Positions 9,985 through 20,640 of a DNA stretch of 64,000 nucleotides are shown in pieces (the first letter of the stretch is position 1; the number at the start of each line of letters is the position of its first letter). Position numbers and translations under genes: made by a program. The notes beneath the pieces are model-generated. The model was not told the origin of the DNA. It saw only the letters and a list, made by a program, of their open reading frames with translations, and made no database searches. Origin of the DNA: Candidatus Eiseniibacteriota bacterium (lineage in GTDB: Bacteria > Eisenbacteria > RBG-16-71-46); contig OY970342.1 in the NCBI GenBank assembly GCA_963717505.1, positions 2,880,001-2,944,000 of the forward strand, written 5' to 3'.

Positions 9985-10512
9985 TCAGCGGTTCGCGCCG
10001 ACCTCTTGACCTTGGCCGGAGACCACGAGATGCGCGCGCCGGTTTTGTGCCCACGCGCTCTCGTTCGAGCCATCGGCGAACGGACGCATCTTGCCATACG
10101 ACATGACTCGGATGCGGCTCGCGTCGATCCCCGAATCCACCAGGTAGCGGCGCGCGGCGTTCGCCCGGCGCTCGCCGAGCGCCTGGTTGTATTCCACGGT
10201 GCCGCGCTCGTCGCAGTGACCTTCGATGAGCACGCTCGTGGTCGTTTGGGTTCGCAGCATCGCGGCATCGGCATCGAGCGCCTCGCGCGCGTTGCCGGTG
10301 AGCGCGTACGAATCGACATCGAAGAAAGCGGGCCGCAGTTCGATGGACGCCTGCTCCGGCTCGGCAGCCGGCGGCGGGGGTGGTTCCACCGGCGCTGGAA
10401 CGGCGGCGGCGGGTGAGGGTGGTGGCGACACCGCGGTCTTGCGCGCGCAGCCCACGAGCGCGAGGAGCACAACGAGTGCGGCAACGGACGCGGGAAGGGT
10501 GCGTGAGATCAT
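9985..10512 (-). CDS. pal: Peptidoglycan-associated lipoprotein (OmpA-C domain)
   Basis: Lipobox LVGC, IEGHCDERGTVEYNQALGERRA, SYGK...NRRA. GGAGG RBS. Confidence 0.9.
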   Translation of the reverse strand: MISRTLPASVAALVVLLALVGCARKTAVSPPPSPAAAVPAPVEPPPPPAAEPEQASIELRPAFFDVDSYALTGNAREALDADAAMLRTQTTTSVLIEGHCDERGTVEYNQALGERRANAARRYLVDSGIDASRIRVMSYGKMRPFADGSNESAWAQNRRAHLVVSGQGQEVGANR

Positions 10513-10737
10513 TGGGAGGTCCTCCAGGAGGTGCGTCGTCCCGACCTTCCGCAAGTGGGGGCGGAAGGGCCGTTCCCGAGGGCAACGCCCATGCCGCGAG
10601 CCGGGTCGTAGGGGCGCTGCGCCTTGCTCTGCCGCGATTTGCGGGCACGCGAGGCCTCGGATCTCCGAGCCGGACGAAGCCGGTCAGCCTGCCGTTTCGC
10701 CCGATCGAGCAGGCGAATCGCACGGCCGCCGTAGTCG

Positions 10738-11211
10738 TCAGTCGAACAGGTGGAACCGCGTGCCGAGCGTGAGCACGAAGCCGTCTTTCCCCTGGGTCGT
10801 GTACTTGATCTCGTAGAACGGTTTCAGCCGCCTGATGCTCGCCTTGGCGCCGACCAGAAAGTTGACGCCGGTGTTCCACGATGCGTCGTTCTGGTCCGGA
10901 TCGTGGTGGTAGCTGGTGAAGCCGGCGCCCGCGTAGAGCGCGACGACCGGCAGCGGGAGCACGGGGAAGTGGCCATCGACGGTGATCGCCCAGTCGTTGC
11001 TGTTGTCCACGAACACATATTCGAGCATCGGGACCACGTCGAAGCTCAGGACCCCGATGGCAGCCCCGGCGCCGATCGACGCGGTCTCCGGCTCCACGCG
11101 CCAGTTGGTGAACGCGATCGGCTCGACCACGCTGATGGCGGCAGCGGGTTGTGCGGTGGTGAGGGCAAGACCAAGAAGCAGGACACAGCGGAACCACCCA
11201 CGGACAGGCAT
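10738..11211 (-). CDS. Small outer-membrane beta-barrel protein
   Basis: Signal peptide, alternating beta strands (LYAGAGF, GVNFLVGA), and aromatic C-terminus RFHLFD. Confidence 0.6.
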   Translation of the reverse strand: MPVRGWFRCVLLLGLALTTAQPAAAISVVEPIAFTNWRVEPETASIGAGAAIGVLSFDVVPMLEYVFVDNSNDWAITVDGHFPVLPLPVVALYAGAGFTSYHHDPDQNDASWNTGVNFLVGAKASIRRLKPFYEIKYTTQGKDGFVLTLGTRFHLFD

Positions 11212-11318
11212 GGTGGGTCTCCAGGTTTGGAAGCAGGAAGGATACGAGGATAGATCGACCGTCGCTTCAAGCTAACACCCCACGGCCGCCGGCCCCAGCC
11301 GCGCATGCCCGGAACTCG

Positions 11319-13082
11319 TCAACGAACCACGCAAATGCGCCGGCTGATCGTGACGCCGTCACGAGACAGCCGCAGCCAGTAGACGCCGCTCCTGGTGACC
11401 GCACGACGATCGAAGCGTTGCACTTGTGGTCCTTCGCCCGTGGCCTCGACAGCCCGGCGGGCGACGATGCGTCCGGCGAGGTCGATGAGCTCGATCTCGG
11501 CTCGTCCGGGCGCGGGCAGCGTGAAGGTGACGGCGAAACCCTCCGAGCTGGGATTGGGCACCACTCGGGCGATTGCGAAACCGGCGTCTAGCGCCTCGTC
11601 GGGTATGCCCAGCAGCCCGTCCGCGACGATGCGGGTCGCGTAGATCTGCGTGGGCTCCGATCGCGCGTCGACCCAGGCCACGATCGCGTTCGCCGCGGCG
11701 TCGGTCGCGACGACCGGTGAAGTCTGATCCCCCGCGGCGGAAGAGATGGAGAGCCCGTCGATCGGCCATCCGTTGGCGACCGCGCCCGAGCCCGTGACGC
11801 GCAACGCGTAGACATCTTCGTCGGCGCCGTTTCGATGGTCCTGCCACGCCACGACGACTCCGCCGGCGCCGTCGTCCGCGACACGCGGGAGGCGCTGGTC
11901 ACCCGTGGCCCCGCACAAGCGCAGTCCGTCCACCGGCCACGAAAGTGATCCATCCGCGAGCAGGTGCTGCGCATAGATATCCGCGGCGCCGGCGCCGGCG
12001 CGCAAGTCCGTCCACACGATGAACGCGCCTCCTTGGCCGTCGGACGCGACGGAGCTCCGGCTCACCGTCGTGCTCGTGCCCGGGAACGGGATGTAAGTGC
12101 CCGACTCGGTCGCGAACGCGCACACGTCCAGGCCGTTCGCCGGCCAGCCCGAGGCGACCGAGAGGTCGGAGAGGAGATGCTGTGCCATGAGCCGGGGCGG
12201 CGTGAAACCGGCATCGCGCCAGAACACGAACGCGCCACCGGCACTGTCTTCAACAATTCCCGGAGCGTCACGGAAACCGTCGCCGGCCGGCCGGTAGGAT
12301 TCCGGGCCCAGTCCACCGCTGGCTTGCGCCTTGCGCACGAGGCTACCGACACCGGGTGAGACGACGAACGCATCCTGATTGCCGACCGCGCCGACGATGG
12401 GACCCCATTGCTGGAACAAACTGCCGTTCAGGTACGTTCCGTTTGGCGTCCAGTCTGGAGCCGTCCCGCCGTCCTCGATTCGTGCGCCGACACGCCCGGC
12501 ATCGTAGAAGCGGTTCGAGTAGGTCCAGGAAGTGAACAATCTCCCGGAGCCTCCGAGCGCTGCGACCGGGATCCAGTTGCGGCAGCAGGCGGTTCCCGGA
12601 GTGCCAGGACCATCGGGATAGCCGGTGATCCGCACGCCGTCGACCGGCCACCCGGCTGCCGTCGTCCCGTCGAAAATCAGATGGCTCACGATCAGAGGAG
12701 ACATGTTGAAAGGGCCGCCGTCGTCGACGACGATGACTCCTCCAGAACCGTCGGGAATGGCGTAGGGACGGCTGCGTTCCACGCCGTCGGTCGGAAGCGC
12801 CAAGCCGGACATCGGCCAGCCGACGGCCGCGTCACCGACACCGGTCAAATGCTGCGCGAACGTACGGCGCGGATTCGTGCGGGCGTCTTCCCAGACGAGG
12901 TAGGCGCCACCGGAGCCATCCGGCACGATGGCCGGCGTCGTCTGCGTCGCCACGCCGGGACCGACCGGGATGCCGTTGGGAACCCACGGGGCACCCACAG
13001 CGCCGCCGGTGACAAGGAACGAAACTACGAAGAGAGGTAGGAGCTTCGTTGAGAACGCGAGAACGGATCGGGGCGAGTTCAC
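11319..13082 (-). CDS. Secreted DGxGG-repeat (propeller-like) protein with C-terminal FlgD/T9SS-like domain
   Basis: Signal peptide, repeated (S/P)DGxGGA(Y/F)xxWxD units, and PNP...SGVYWLRL tail. GGAGG RBS before the GTG. Confidence 0.75.
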   Translation of the reverse strand: MNSPRSVLAFSTKLLPLFVVSFLVTGGAVGAPWVPNGIPVGPGVATQTTPAIVPDGSGGAYLVWEDARTNPRRTFAQHLTGVGDAAVGWPMSGLALPTDGVERSRPYAIPDGSGGVIVVDDGGPFNMSPLIVSHLIFDGTTAAGWPVDGVRITGYPDGPGTPGTACCRNWIPVAALGGSGRLFTSWTYSNRFYDAGRVGARIEDGGTAPDWTPNGTYLNGSLFQQWGPIVGAVGNQDAFVVSPGVGSLVRKAQASGGLGPESYRPAGDGFRDAPGIVEDSAGGAFVFWRDAGFTPPRLMAQHLLSDLSVASGWPANGLDVCAFATESGTYIPFPGTSTTVSRSSVASDGQGGAFIVWTDLRAGAGAADIYAQHLLADGSLSWPVDGLRLCGATGDQRLPRVADDGAGGVVVAWQDHRNGADEDVYALRVTGSGAVANGWPIDGLSISSAAGDQTSPVVATDAAANAIVAWVDARSEPTQIYATRIVADGLLGIPDEALDAGFAIARVVPNPSSEGFAVTFTLPAPGRAEIELIDLAGRIVARRAVEATGEGPQVQRFDRRAVTRSGVYWLRLSRDGVTISRRICVVR

Positions 13083-13340
13083 TGGAACCTCCTGCATGTG
13101 TGATCGACGAACCACGATGTGCAGTAGCCAGGAACCCCGAATCCTCCTCTTTGTGGGGCCATGCTGGGCGGGGAGATGCTCGCGCCGTCAGGAATGATCC
13201 GTCGCGAGAATGCGTCCGTCAATCGGGATTTTGGGCCGCTCTCAAGTGGCCAGGCTGTCTTTGCATGGACCCGGAGGAGTAGCCTGCTGAGCATGAAAAA
13301 ACGGTTGGCGGATCACGAGTCAGAACCCCTGGGTTTCCCA

Positions 13341-14492
13341 ATGACGTTCACTGAATTGGGCCTGGCTTCCGGACTGGTCGCGGCTCTGGCCGAGCAACAG
13401 ATCACCGATCCGACGCCCATTCAGGTCGCGGCGCTGCCGGTGTTGCTGGCGGGCAAAGATGCCTACCTGAACGCCGAGACGGGAACCGGCAAGACCCTGG
13501 CCTATCTGCTGCCACTCTTCAGTCGGCTCGACGCGGAGCAGAAGCTGCCGCAAGTCGTGATCGTCGCGCCCACGCACGAACTGGCGATCCAGATCCAGCG
13601 CCAGTGTCGCGACCTCGCGCAGAATGCCGGCTTGGCGATTCGTACACTTCTGCTCATCGGCGGCACGTCGCTGGATCGTCAGATCGACAAGCTCAAGACC
13701 AAGCCGCACATCGTGGTCGGCTCGCCCGGTCGGCTGCTCGAGTTGATCAGAATGGGCAAGCTGAAGACGAAAGGCGTACGCAGTGTGGTGATCGACGAGG
13801 CGGACCGATTGCTGATTCACGAGAGCCTGCCCGCCATCCGCGAAATCATCCAGGCCGCGCCTCGCGGGCGGCAGTTGATCTTCGCGTCGGCCACGGAGCA
13901 GCCGGAGAGTGCGGAAGCGATCGCGACGCTCACGCATGATCTCGTCATGTTACAGGCCGGCGCCGCACCGGTGAACGAGAACATCGAGCATCTGTACCTG
14001 GTCTGCGAGGGTCGCGACAAGCCGGACGTGTTACGGAAGCTCCTGCACGCGCTGCGCCCCGAGCGGGCGCTGGTGTTCGTGCACCGCAGTGACGTCGCCA
14101 AGGACGTCGCCGCGAAACTGACCCATCACCAGATTCCGGTTGCAGACCTTCATGCTGCCCGTGACAAGCAAGACCGGAAGCAGGCGATGGATGACTTCCG
14201 CATCGGCCAGGTGCGCGTGCTGATTGCTTCCGATGTGGCGGCGCGCGGGCTCGACATCAAGGGCATCACGCACGTCTTCAATCTCGACGTGCCGACGCAG
14301 AGCAAGGCCTACCTGCATCGCGTGGGCCGAACCGCCCGTGCGGGTGCGAAAGGGCAGGCGGTCTCGCTGATGACCGTGGACGAGGTCCGGCTGGTCCGTC
14401 GCTATGAGAGCGAACTCGGCATCGGCATGCACCATGTGCGCCTGCGCGAAGGCCGTGTGATCGCAGCGGGGGTGGACGAGTCTCGAGTCTGA
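13341..14492 (+). CDS. DEAD-box RNA helicase
   Basis: PTPIQ, AETGTGKT, PTHELA, DEAD, SAT, ARGLD and HRVGRTAR motifs. Confidence 0.95.
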   Translation: MTFTELGLASGLVAALAEQQITDPTPIQVAALPVLLAGKDAYLNAETGTGKTLAYLLPLFSRLDAEQKLPQVVIVAPTHELAIQIQRQCRDLAQNAGLAIRTLLLIGGTSLDRQIDKLKTKPHIVVGSPGRLLELIRMGKLKTKGVRSVVIDEADRLLIHESLPAIREIIQAAPRGRQLIFASATEQPESAEAIATLTHDLVMLQAGAAPVNENIEHLYLVCEGRDKPDVLRKLLHALRPERALVFVHRSDVAKDVAAKLTHHQIPVADLHAARDKQDRKQAMDDFRIGQVRVLIASDVAARGLDIKGITHVFNLDVPTQSKAYLHRVGRTARAGAKGQAVSLMTVDEVRLVRRYESELGIGMHHVRLREGRVIAAGVDESRV

Positions 14493-14550
14493 ATCCACCT
14501 CCCAGTTGCCACAATTGCCCTGCGACGGGGGGCAGGAAGATACTCGCCGC

Positions 14551-16074
14551 ATGACCGCCTCACGATGGACCGCAATGGCGGCCGCCCTGGTGATTGCCTT
14601 GGTTGCAACGCCTCGAGCCGGTTCTGCAGAGCAAACCAAAGGGACGACCGGCAGCGACGCGGCCCGTGCGACACGACAGCGCTTCCTCGAAATGTTCGCT
14701 CGTGCCTACTTCCCCGGGCGGACTGGCCAACTCCTTGTGGTGCCGCGCAAAGGCGACTTCATCACGCGTCCCGACCCATACTACGCTCAAATGCACGGCA
14801 CGCCCTGGCCCTACGACGTCGACATTCCCTTGATGTTCACCGGCCCCGCAGTGAAGGCGGGGCGGTATTCGATGGCGGCGGTACAACAAGATATCGCGCC
14901 GACGCTTGCCGCCGCGCTGGGTGTCCAGATGCCGCCAACCGCGACTGGGCATGTCTTGCCGGTGTTTCGGAAGGGCTTCGGTCGACCGCGAGCGATCGTG
15001 CTGCTGGTTCTGGACGGCATGCGTCGCGACTATTTCGATCGCCACGCCGCGTCGATGCCGACCCTGACCGCCCTGCGCCGGCGCAGCGCCTGGTTTACTC
15101 AGGCGCAGGTCAACGTCCTCCCCAGTAACACGGCCGTCGGACACTCGACGATCGCGACGGGAACCGATCCCGGTGTGCACGGAATCACCGGCGTCAGCAT
15201 GTACGATTGGGAGGGACGCCGGCGCCACGAAATGTTTGCCGGGTGCGATCCACAAGATCTGTTGGCACTGACGATCGCGGACGTATGGCAGCGCGCGACC
15301 GCCGGGCGCGCGGTCATCCTGGCGCAGGGAAGCATCGACCGAGCGGCGACGCCACTCGCGGGGCATGGCGCGTGCCTCCAAAATGGAAGGCCTGTAGTGC
15401 TCGCGAGCTACGATCAGCAGTCGGGCACCTGGCACTCGAATCCCGCGTGTTTCCGGCTGCCCGACTATCTGAAGGATTCGAGCGCCAGCACGTTGTGGAA
15501 GGAAAGCCCCGAGTGGATGGGTCATAGGATCGACTCGACCACCGCCGTGCGCTATTCGGCGCTGTTTCCGGTGTTCGAATCCAATGCGACGATCGCCATG
15601 ATCGAGCACGAGCCTCTGGGCGAAGACAGCGTCGCCGACCTCATTCTGCTGAACTACAAGTGCGCCGATTTCGTGGGCCACAAGTATGGCCCGGAATCGG
15701 AGGAGCTCCGTGTCACGCTCGCCGAGATCGACCGTCAATTGGCGCGGGTCCTGAGTGCGCTCGAGGCCAAGGTGGGGAAGGACTATCTGCTCGCGGTGAC
15801 CGCCGATCATGGCATGCCGTCGATACCGCCATCGCCCGACCACCGGCATTTCACGACCACGATCGCCGATCTGTTGCACGAGAAGTTCGATCCCGAGGGA
15901 AAGCAGTTGGTCACTTCGTTCGAATCGGAGAACTGCCAGATCTACATAGACGAGGATCGGCTATCGAAGCTGGGCTTCACCCTGCGCGACCTGGCCCAGT
16001 TCCTAGAATCGCAGCCCTACATGTTCGCCGTGTTCACGAACGACGAGGTGGCGCGTGAGGCCGGCATGGAGTAG
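14551..16074 (+). CDS. Secreted alkaline phosphatase (PafA/NPP superfamily), apparently circularly permuted
   Basis: LVLDGMRRDY, TAVGHSTIATG, DFVGHKYGP, TADHG. The HGTPWPYD/DIAPTLA block lies N-terminal to these. Confidence 0.85.
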   Translation: MTASRWTAMAAALVIALVATPRAGSAEQTKGTTGSDAARATRQRFLEMFARAYFPGRTGQLLVVPRKGDFITRPDPYYAQMHGTPWPYDVDIPLMFTGPAVKAGRYSMAAVQQDIAPTLAAALGVQMPPTATGHVLPVFRKGFGRPRAIVLLVLDGMRRDYFDRHAASMPTLTALRRRSAWFTQAQVNVLPSNTAVGHSTIATGTDPGVHGITGVSMYDWEGRRRHEMFAGCDPQDLLALTIADVWQRATAGRAVILAQGSIDRAATPLAGHGACLQNGRPVVLASYDQQSGTWHSNPACFRLPDYLKDSSASTLWKESPEWMGHRIDSTTAVRYSALFPVFESNATIAMIEHEPLGEDSVADLILLNYKCADFVGHKYGPESEELRVTLAEIDRQLARVLSALEAKVGKDYLLAVTADHGMPSIPPSPDHRHFTTTIADLLHEKFDPEGKQLVTSFESENCQIYIDEDRLSKLGFTLRDLAQFLESQPYMFAVFTNDEVAREAGME

Positions 16075-16091
16075 CCACTCGAAGCGAGGCT

Positions 16092-16181
16092 CTGGCGTCC
16101 CCAACCATCGAGAATTCGAACCGCCTGATCGGCTGGTTGCGGGGGATGGATGGGCTCAAGCAGGATCTCAAGACCCCCTGA
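16092..16181 (+). repeat. att-like unit R1 (tRNA-Glu 3'-end copy + peptide-coding tail)
   Basis: CTGGCGTCCCCAAC-CATCGA-GAATTCGAAC..., translating LASPTIENSNRLIGWLRGMDGLKQDLKTP*. Confidence 0.8.
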
Positions 16182-16295
16182 GGACCTGCTGCCTCGGCTC
16201 AGCTTCGACGACACGGTGTCGGTGACGGCGGGCGAAACGCAGGTGGCGCCGAAGGCGCCACCGACATACGCACTCTGCGGGGCGGAGGATGGGCC

Positions 16296-17279
16296 GTGCG
16301 AGCGGCGGTCAACACGCGCTACGGATCCCCGGACGTCATAGAGATCCGGGAAGTCGCCAAGCCTTTGCCGAAGGTGGGCGAGGTCTTGGTCAAGGTTCAT
16401 GCGTCGACGGTCAGTCGGACCGACTGCGGCTTTCTCCGCGCTCATCCCTTTGCGATGAGGCTCTTCACGGGGCTATTGCGACCGCAGCGGACGATCCTCG
16501 GCATGGACTTCGCAGGCGTGGTCGAAACGGTTGGCGCGAACGTCAAGTCGTTCCGCCCCGGCGAAAGCGTGTTTGGCCTGTTGCGATGGCGCGAACTCGG
16601 CGCCCACGCCGAATATGTCTGCGTGCCCGAAGCCTCGTACATCGCCAAGATGCCGACGGGCGTGACCTTTGAGCAAGCCGTTGTCGGCGAGGGCGCCTTC
16701 TATGCCTATACTTCGCTGATGCAGCTCGGCCTGAAGCGCGGACAACGCATTCTGATCTATGGCGCGTCGGGCGCCATAGGCACAGCAGCGGTGCAGCTCG
16801 CCAAGTCTCTTGGCGCGGACGTGACGGCGGTTGTCGCCACGCGCCATGTCGACCTTGCCAAGTCCCTCGGCGCGGCGAGAGTGATCGACTACACCGCTCA
16901 GGATTTCACGCGAATCGGGGAGACGTTCGACTGCGTGCTGGACGCTGTCGGGAAGGCTAGCTATTTCCGGTGCCGACGATTGCTGAAGGCAAGCGGGGTG
17001 TTCGCCGCAACGGACGCCGGGCCTGGGGGGCAGACATTGCTGCTCGCGATCTGGTCGTTCATCACCGGGAGCAAGAGGGTTCTTGCTGTGATCCCGAAGC
17101 GGGTCGAGCGTTTTGTCGACTACTTGAAGGAGCGCATTGAAGCGGGCGAGATTCGTGCGGTCATCGACAGGCGATATCCGCTCGAGGCGATCGCCGACGC
17201 CTACCGCTATGTCGAGCAAGGCCAAAAGACCGGGATCGTCGTCGTCAACGTGACGCCGGCGAGTGATCAGCACGCCTGA
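16296..17279 (+). CDS. Medium-chain dehydrogenase/reductase (NAD(P)-dependent, quinone-oxidoreductase-like)
   Basis: EVLVKVHAS, ILGMDFAGVV, LIYGASGAIGTAAVQLAK. Confidence 0.9.
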   Translation: MRAAVNTRYGSPDVIEIREVAKPLPKVGEVLVKVHASTVSRTDCGFLRAHPFAMRLFTGLLRPQRTILGMDFAGVVETVGANVKSFRPGESVFGLLRWRELGAHAEYVCVPEASYIAKMPTGVTFEQAVVGEGAFYAYTSLMQLGLKRGQRILIYGASGAIGTAAVQLAKSLGADVTAVVATRHVDLAKSLGAARVIDYTAQDFTRIGETFDCVLDAVGKASYFRCRRLLKASGVFAATDAGPGGQTLLLAIWSFITGSKRVLAVIPKRVERFVDYLKERIEAGEIRAVIDRRYPLEAIADAYRYVEQGQKTGIVVVNVTPASDQHA

Positions 17280-17393
17280 TCGTGTCGCCGAGTGACGCTC
17301 CAGTCGCAGCACCTTGGACTGCCGCAGCATGGACACCCTGGCTCCCGGTGTGCCGCGCTCTCGCCGCGTAGAAGTGGCGGCCCCGGCTGAACG

Positions 17394-17916
17394 TCATTCC
17401 CGTCGCTGCCCGCTGCCGAGGAACGTGTTCCAGATTGTGTTTTCGAGGGTGGCCATCGCGGCCTCGAGCTCCGCGCGGTCTTTGATCGTTTCGGAAGTCG
17501 TGCCTTCCGCGGCAAGCGTTTCCGCACATCGCGCTTTGATGGGCAGGCCCTGGTCGCGACTTCCCAATCGGCCCAGCATGGCTCTCACTTGCCGGATCTG
17601 CTCCTGGACGTCCCTGATCTGTTCCAAGGCTCGCTCGACCGTGACGGCACCGCGCTGCGCGTTCTGGAGCAGGTGGCACTGGAACTCGCGACAGCACTTC
17701 GGACGATGGGCGTAGATGCCGCATCGTGTTCCACGCAGGGCCGCACAGGGCTTCGAGAGCAGGCCTGTGTGTCCTGCCCTGGTTCTCGACGTCCATCCCA
17801 ATGATCTCGAGTCGAGCGACCTCGGCCTGACCGACCAGCTCGACGTCGGCGAACAGCGTGCCGTCGCAGCACAGCCCGCAATTCGTGCACAGGGTATCCG
17901 TGAGGAGAGGTGTCAT
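17394..17916 (-). pseudogene. YkgJ-family Cys-cluster (Fe-S/Zn) protein, frameshifted near 17770
   Basis: CTNCGLCC in one frame and PCAAL...CGIYAHRPKCCREFQC in another. The junction falls in a short AC repeat and may be a sequencing error. Confidence 0.7.
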
Positions 17917-17976
17917 GGGGGGACAATGGTCTATCGCGTCGCGATTCGAAAGGGGTGACTTGAAGTTCCTCCGTCT

Positions 17977-19338
17977 TTGCCGATGATTAGTCAGAACACG
18001 GGAGGAGCTGTGAAGACTAGTACGGAGCGTCGAAAACCGCAGGGTGGTCTCCGGGGGGCCGCCGTCACCTCCGTTGTCGGTTGTGGCGGCCGCCTCTTGC
18101 CGGTGCTCGCGATCGCCCTGTGGACGGCTCCCTCCGCCCAAGCCGTGCCCAACGCGACGCTGTGGGTCGTGCAACCGCCGGGGGAGATCGTCGCGTTCGA
18201 CGTCACCCGGTTCGAACGTGTCGGGGGCATACGGCTGCCGGTCCAGATCTACCACGATCCCAACAAACTCGCGATCAATGGCGTTGGCCAGATCATGGCA
18301 GCGCTGGATGAGCAAAGGCTTTGGCTTTGGGACGGCAGAACAGCGCGCGTGCTTCCCATCGAAACCAGTGTGAACGCAAACCGCGATTCCCGGCGGATCG
18401 CGAGCAAGCCGGCGCAGTGGCTGCTCGGTGACGACGGCAACTCGCTGGTCGTGCTCGAGTCGGTCGTGAAGGACTCCAGCAGACCAAGCGCTGGGGCCGA
18501 GTCGCTGATCGTTGTTCGCGAAACGTCGCTCGAACAGGAGCCACGCGACACGATCGCGTCGTGGAGATTGCGCTACTACGAGTGCCGGACTTCCCAAGTT
18601 GCAGACTTCACAGAACCTTGCCCGGATCCACGGCTCTATGCGCCGGGAGGGATCGTGCGGGGATCTCTCGCAGTCATGTGGTGGGAACGGGACTCGACAC
18701 TGTGGCACGAGGAGGGAACGCCGGCACTCGGTGGGTGCAACATTTCCCGACTCGTGCGGCAGGCTTCGGATTGGCGCGAACTCACCGACTGGAGCAATGG
18801 CGAACTTCCGCTCGATCTCGCAGCCAACGGAGCCTGCCTGTTCGTTGATCGTGATGGCGGTTGCTGCGGCTGGATCAATGAGAGTAGCGATCTCGTGATT
18901 TGTTCAACGCCAGAAACTAGCCTAGTGGTTTTCGACGAATGGCGACGCTTTGAAAACGCCGACTATGACGTGAGTTTCATGGCGACTTCTGCTCGCCTCT
19001 CGCCGGACAATCGTCGCGTCGCGATGACCATTGTGGGTACGTCATCTGCCATCGAAGGAATGCGCCTTTCGGCAGACGGGCAGGCAGATTCGGTCAAGCT
19101 TGCCGGTATTCAACGCGCATTGGCGACATTGCCCATAGCAATGGTGACCCGACTGTCGGAGCCGGGAGAAGTGCCGTTCGAGCTGCCGAACACCGAGGTG
19201 GTTGGTTGGACGAGCGAGCGCGAGCTCATCGTCGTTCAGGACCGCGAGCTGGTCGCTGTCGATGTCGTCACCCGCCGCACTCGATCCACAGGGATCCGCG
19301 TGAGGAGCGCAGCGGATGCGATCGTCGCGCGGAAGTAG
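17977..19338 (+). CDS. Hypothetical secreted protein (start uncertain)
   Basis: Long ORF with a signal-peptide-like segment LLPVLAIALWTAPSAQA. No family recognised. Confidence 0.6.
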   Translation: MPMISQNTGGAVKTSTERRKPQGGLRGAAVTSVVGCGGRLLPVLAIALWTAPSAQAVPNATLWVVQPPGEIVAFDVTRFERVGGIRLPVQIYHDPNKLAINGVGQIMAALDEQRLWLWDGRTARVLPIETSVNANRDSRRIASKPAQWLLGDDGNSLVVLESVVKDSSRPSAGAESLIVVRETSLEQEPRDTIASWRLRYYECRTSQVADFTEPCPDPRLYAPGGIVRGSLAVMWWERDSTLWHEEGTPALGGCNISRLVRQASDWRELTDWSNGELPLDLAANGACLFVDRDGGCCGWINESSDLVICSTPETSLVVFDEWRRFENADYDVSFMATSARLSPDNRRVAMTIVGTSSAIEGMRLSADGQADSVKLAGIQRALATLPIAMVTRLSEPGEVPFELPNTEVVGWTSERELIVVQDRELVAVDVVTRRTRSTGIRVRSAADAIVARK

Positions 19339-20461
19339 ACGCGTGGTTTGCCGCGGGGAACGCTTTGTGATGGGCCTGGCGGCAGCGATCGCAGCTGGGA
19401 GCCTGCTCGCACCCAACGTGTATGCCGACTCGCCCGACCGCGCAAAGCCTTCACTCTGGCTGGTCAGCTACTTCGCCGAAGCGCGCGACAAGTCGAATGG
19501 TATGGCGATCGAGTGGCGCCTGTTCGATCCAGCAACGCGGGTCGATTCGGTTCTGGTCGCCTTAGTCAGTTCGCCAGCAGCCGTGCGGATCAACTCCTCC
19601 TATACCGAGGCCACCTTCGCTTTGGGAGGCGCGATGCAACGCTTGCGCTGGGAATGGGGCGCCCAACCGTGGTCGGAGATCCCACTTCCCGATGCTCGGT
19701 GCATCGACGTCTGGTTCGACCAACGGGCTCGCTGCTGGTGGCTAGTCAGTGGTGATGTCATCCAACTGGGAAGAAACGCATTTCCTGGCCAGCTCTGCCG
19801 GTACGACTTCTGGCGCAGCACCGCGGATGGGAAGGACTGGAGTATCGCTCGTCGCGAAACCACGAGCTGCGTCACCTTCAGCTGGACTGGATGGACGTCG
19901 ACTCGGAACATCGAACCCGGTGCCGAGGCCGGGTTCGGGCTGTGGTTAGGGCAGGCCGCGATGACGCCCGATCGCTGGGGCCTGCCACCCCAGGCGATCT
20001 CGCCGCCGCAGGGCCAGAACGCGTCGGGGCCGCCCTGGTACTTCGTCGGATCGCGAGTCATCAAGGGCCTTGGGCTGGCCTACCGGATGGAGATGTTTCG
20101 CGGGGATCCGTCGAAGGGCCAGCGAGCCCAAGAGTGGTTCGTCACCGCGCCGTTTGTCCTCGTGGACAGGACCAATGGGAGCGAACGCGTTCTCGATGCG
20201 CCCAACTTCGGCCCCCTTGGCCAGCGCGTCCGACTAGGAATTGAAGAACGCGACGGCTTCGTCCTGCTCAGTGGTGACCGGAACTATCTCTACGACCTTC
20301 GCACCGGGGAGCAGTTGCTCCCGAGCTCGGCGAGGTCGCCAATCGTTTGGGTTCCCCGTCCAGTGCCGATGCGCGTTGACACAGCTGGATTCGAGCGGTT
20401 GCGCGCTCGTTTCGAGACGAGATCCGGTGGCGCTACGACGCCGCGGCATGAAAAACGTTGA
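19316..20461 (+). CDS. Hypothetical secreted protein (true start probably 19343-19370)
   Basis: Long ORF with signal-like GLAAAIAAGSLLAPNVYA. No family recognised. Confidence 0.55.
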   Translation: MRSSRGSRRVVCRGERFVMGLAAAIAAGSLLAPNVYADSPDRAKPSLWLVSYFAEARDKSNGMAIEWRLFDPATRVDSVLVALVSSPAAVRINSSYTEATFALGGAMQRLRWEWGAQPWSEIPLPDARCIDVWFDQRARCWWLVSGDVIQLGRNAFPGQLCRYDFWRSTADGKDWSIARRETTSCVTFSWTGWTSTRNIEPGAEAGFGLWLGQAAMTPDRWGLPPQAISPPQGQNASGPPWYFVGSRVIKGLGLAYRMEMFRGDPSKGQRAQEWFVTAPFVLVDRTNGSERVLDAPNFGPLGQRVRLGIEERDGFVLLSGDRNYLYDLRTGEQLLPSSARSPIVWVPRPVPMRVDTAGFERLRARFETRSGGATTPRHEKR

Positions 20462-20640
20462 CTTGGGCACGCTGACGCCTAGACTTGTGTGCGACGACAC
20501 GTCGGGAGGTCGAGCAAAACCCTGCCGACTCGTAGGTGAGAACCAAGCGAGATAGTCGTGCCCACCAGTTGAGGAGGCGCACCGGGAACCAGGCTACTGC
20601 TGACGAGTTGAAGTGTTCGTTTCTCGTGCAGGAGGTGCCT

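Noticed and set aside
6296-10512. Canonical tol-pal operon
   Set aside because: The gene order differs from tolQRAB-pal, a DinB gene interrupts it, and the TolB-like protein is a short lipoprotein without the TolB N-domain.
13211-13230. TGCGTCCGTCAATCGGGATT as a further tRNA-end copy
   Set aside because: It needs several gaps and mismatches and lacks the downstream tail, so it is compatible with chance.
16242-16262. Perfect hairpin GGTGGCGCC-GAA-GGCGCCACC
   Set aside because: Single copy, no U-tract, and unremarkable in high-GC DNA.
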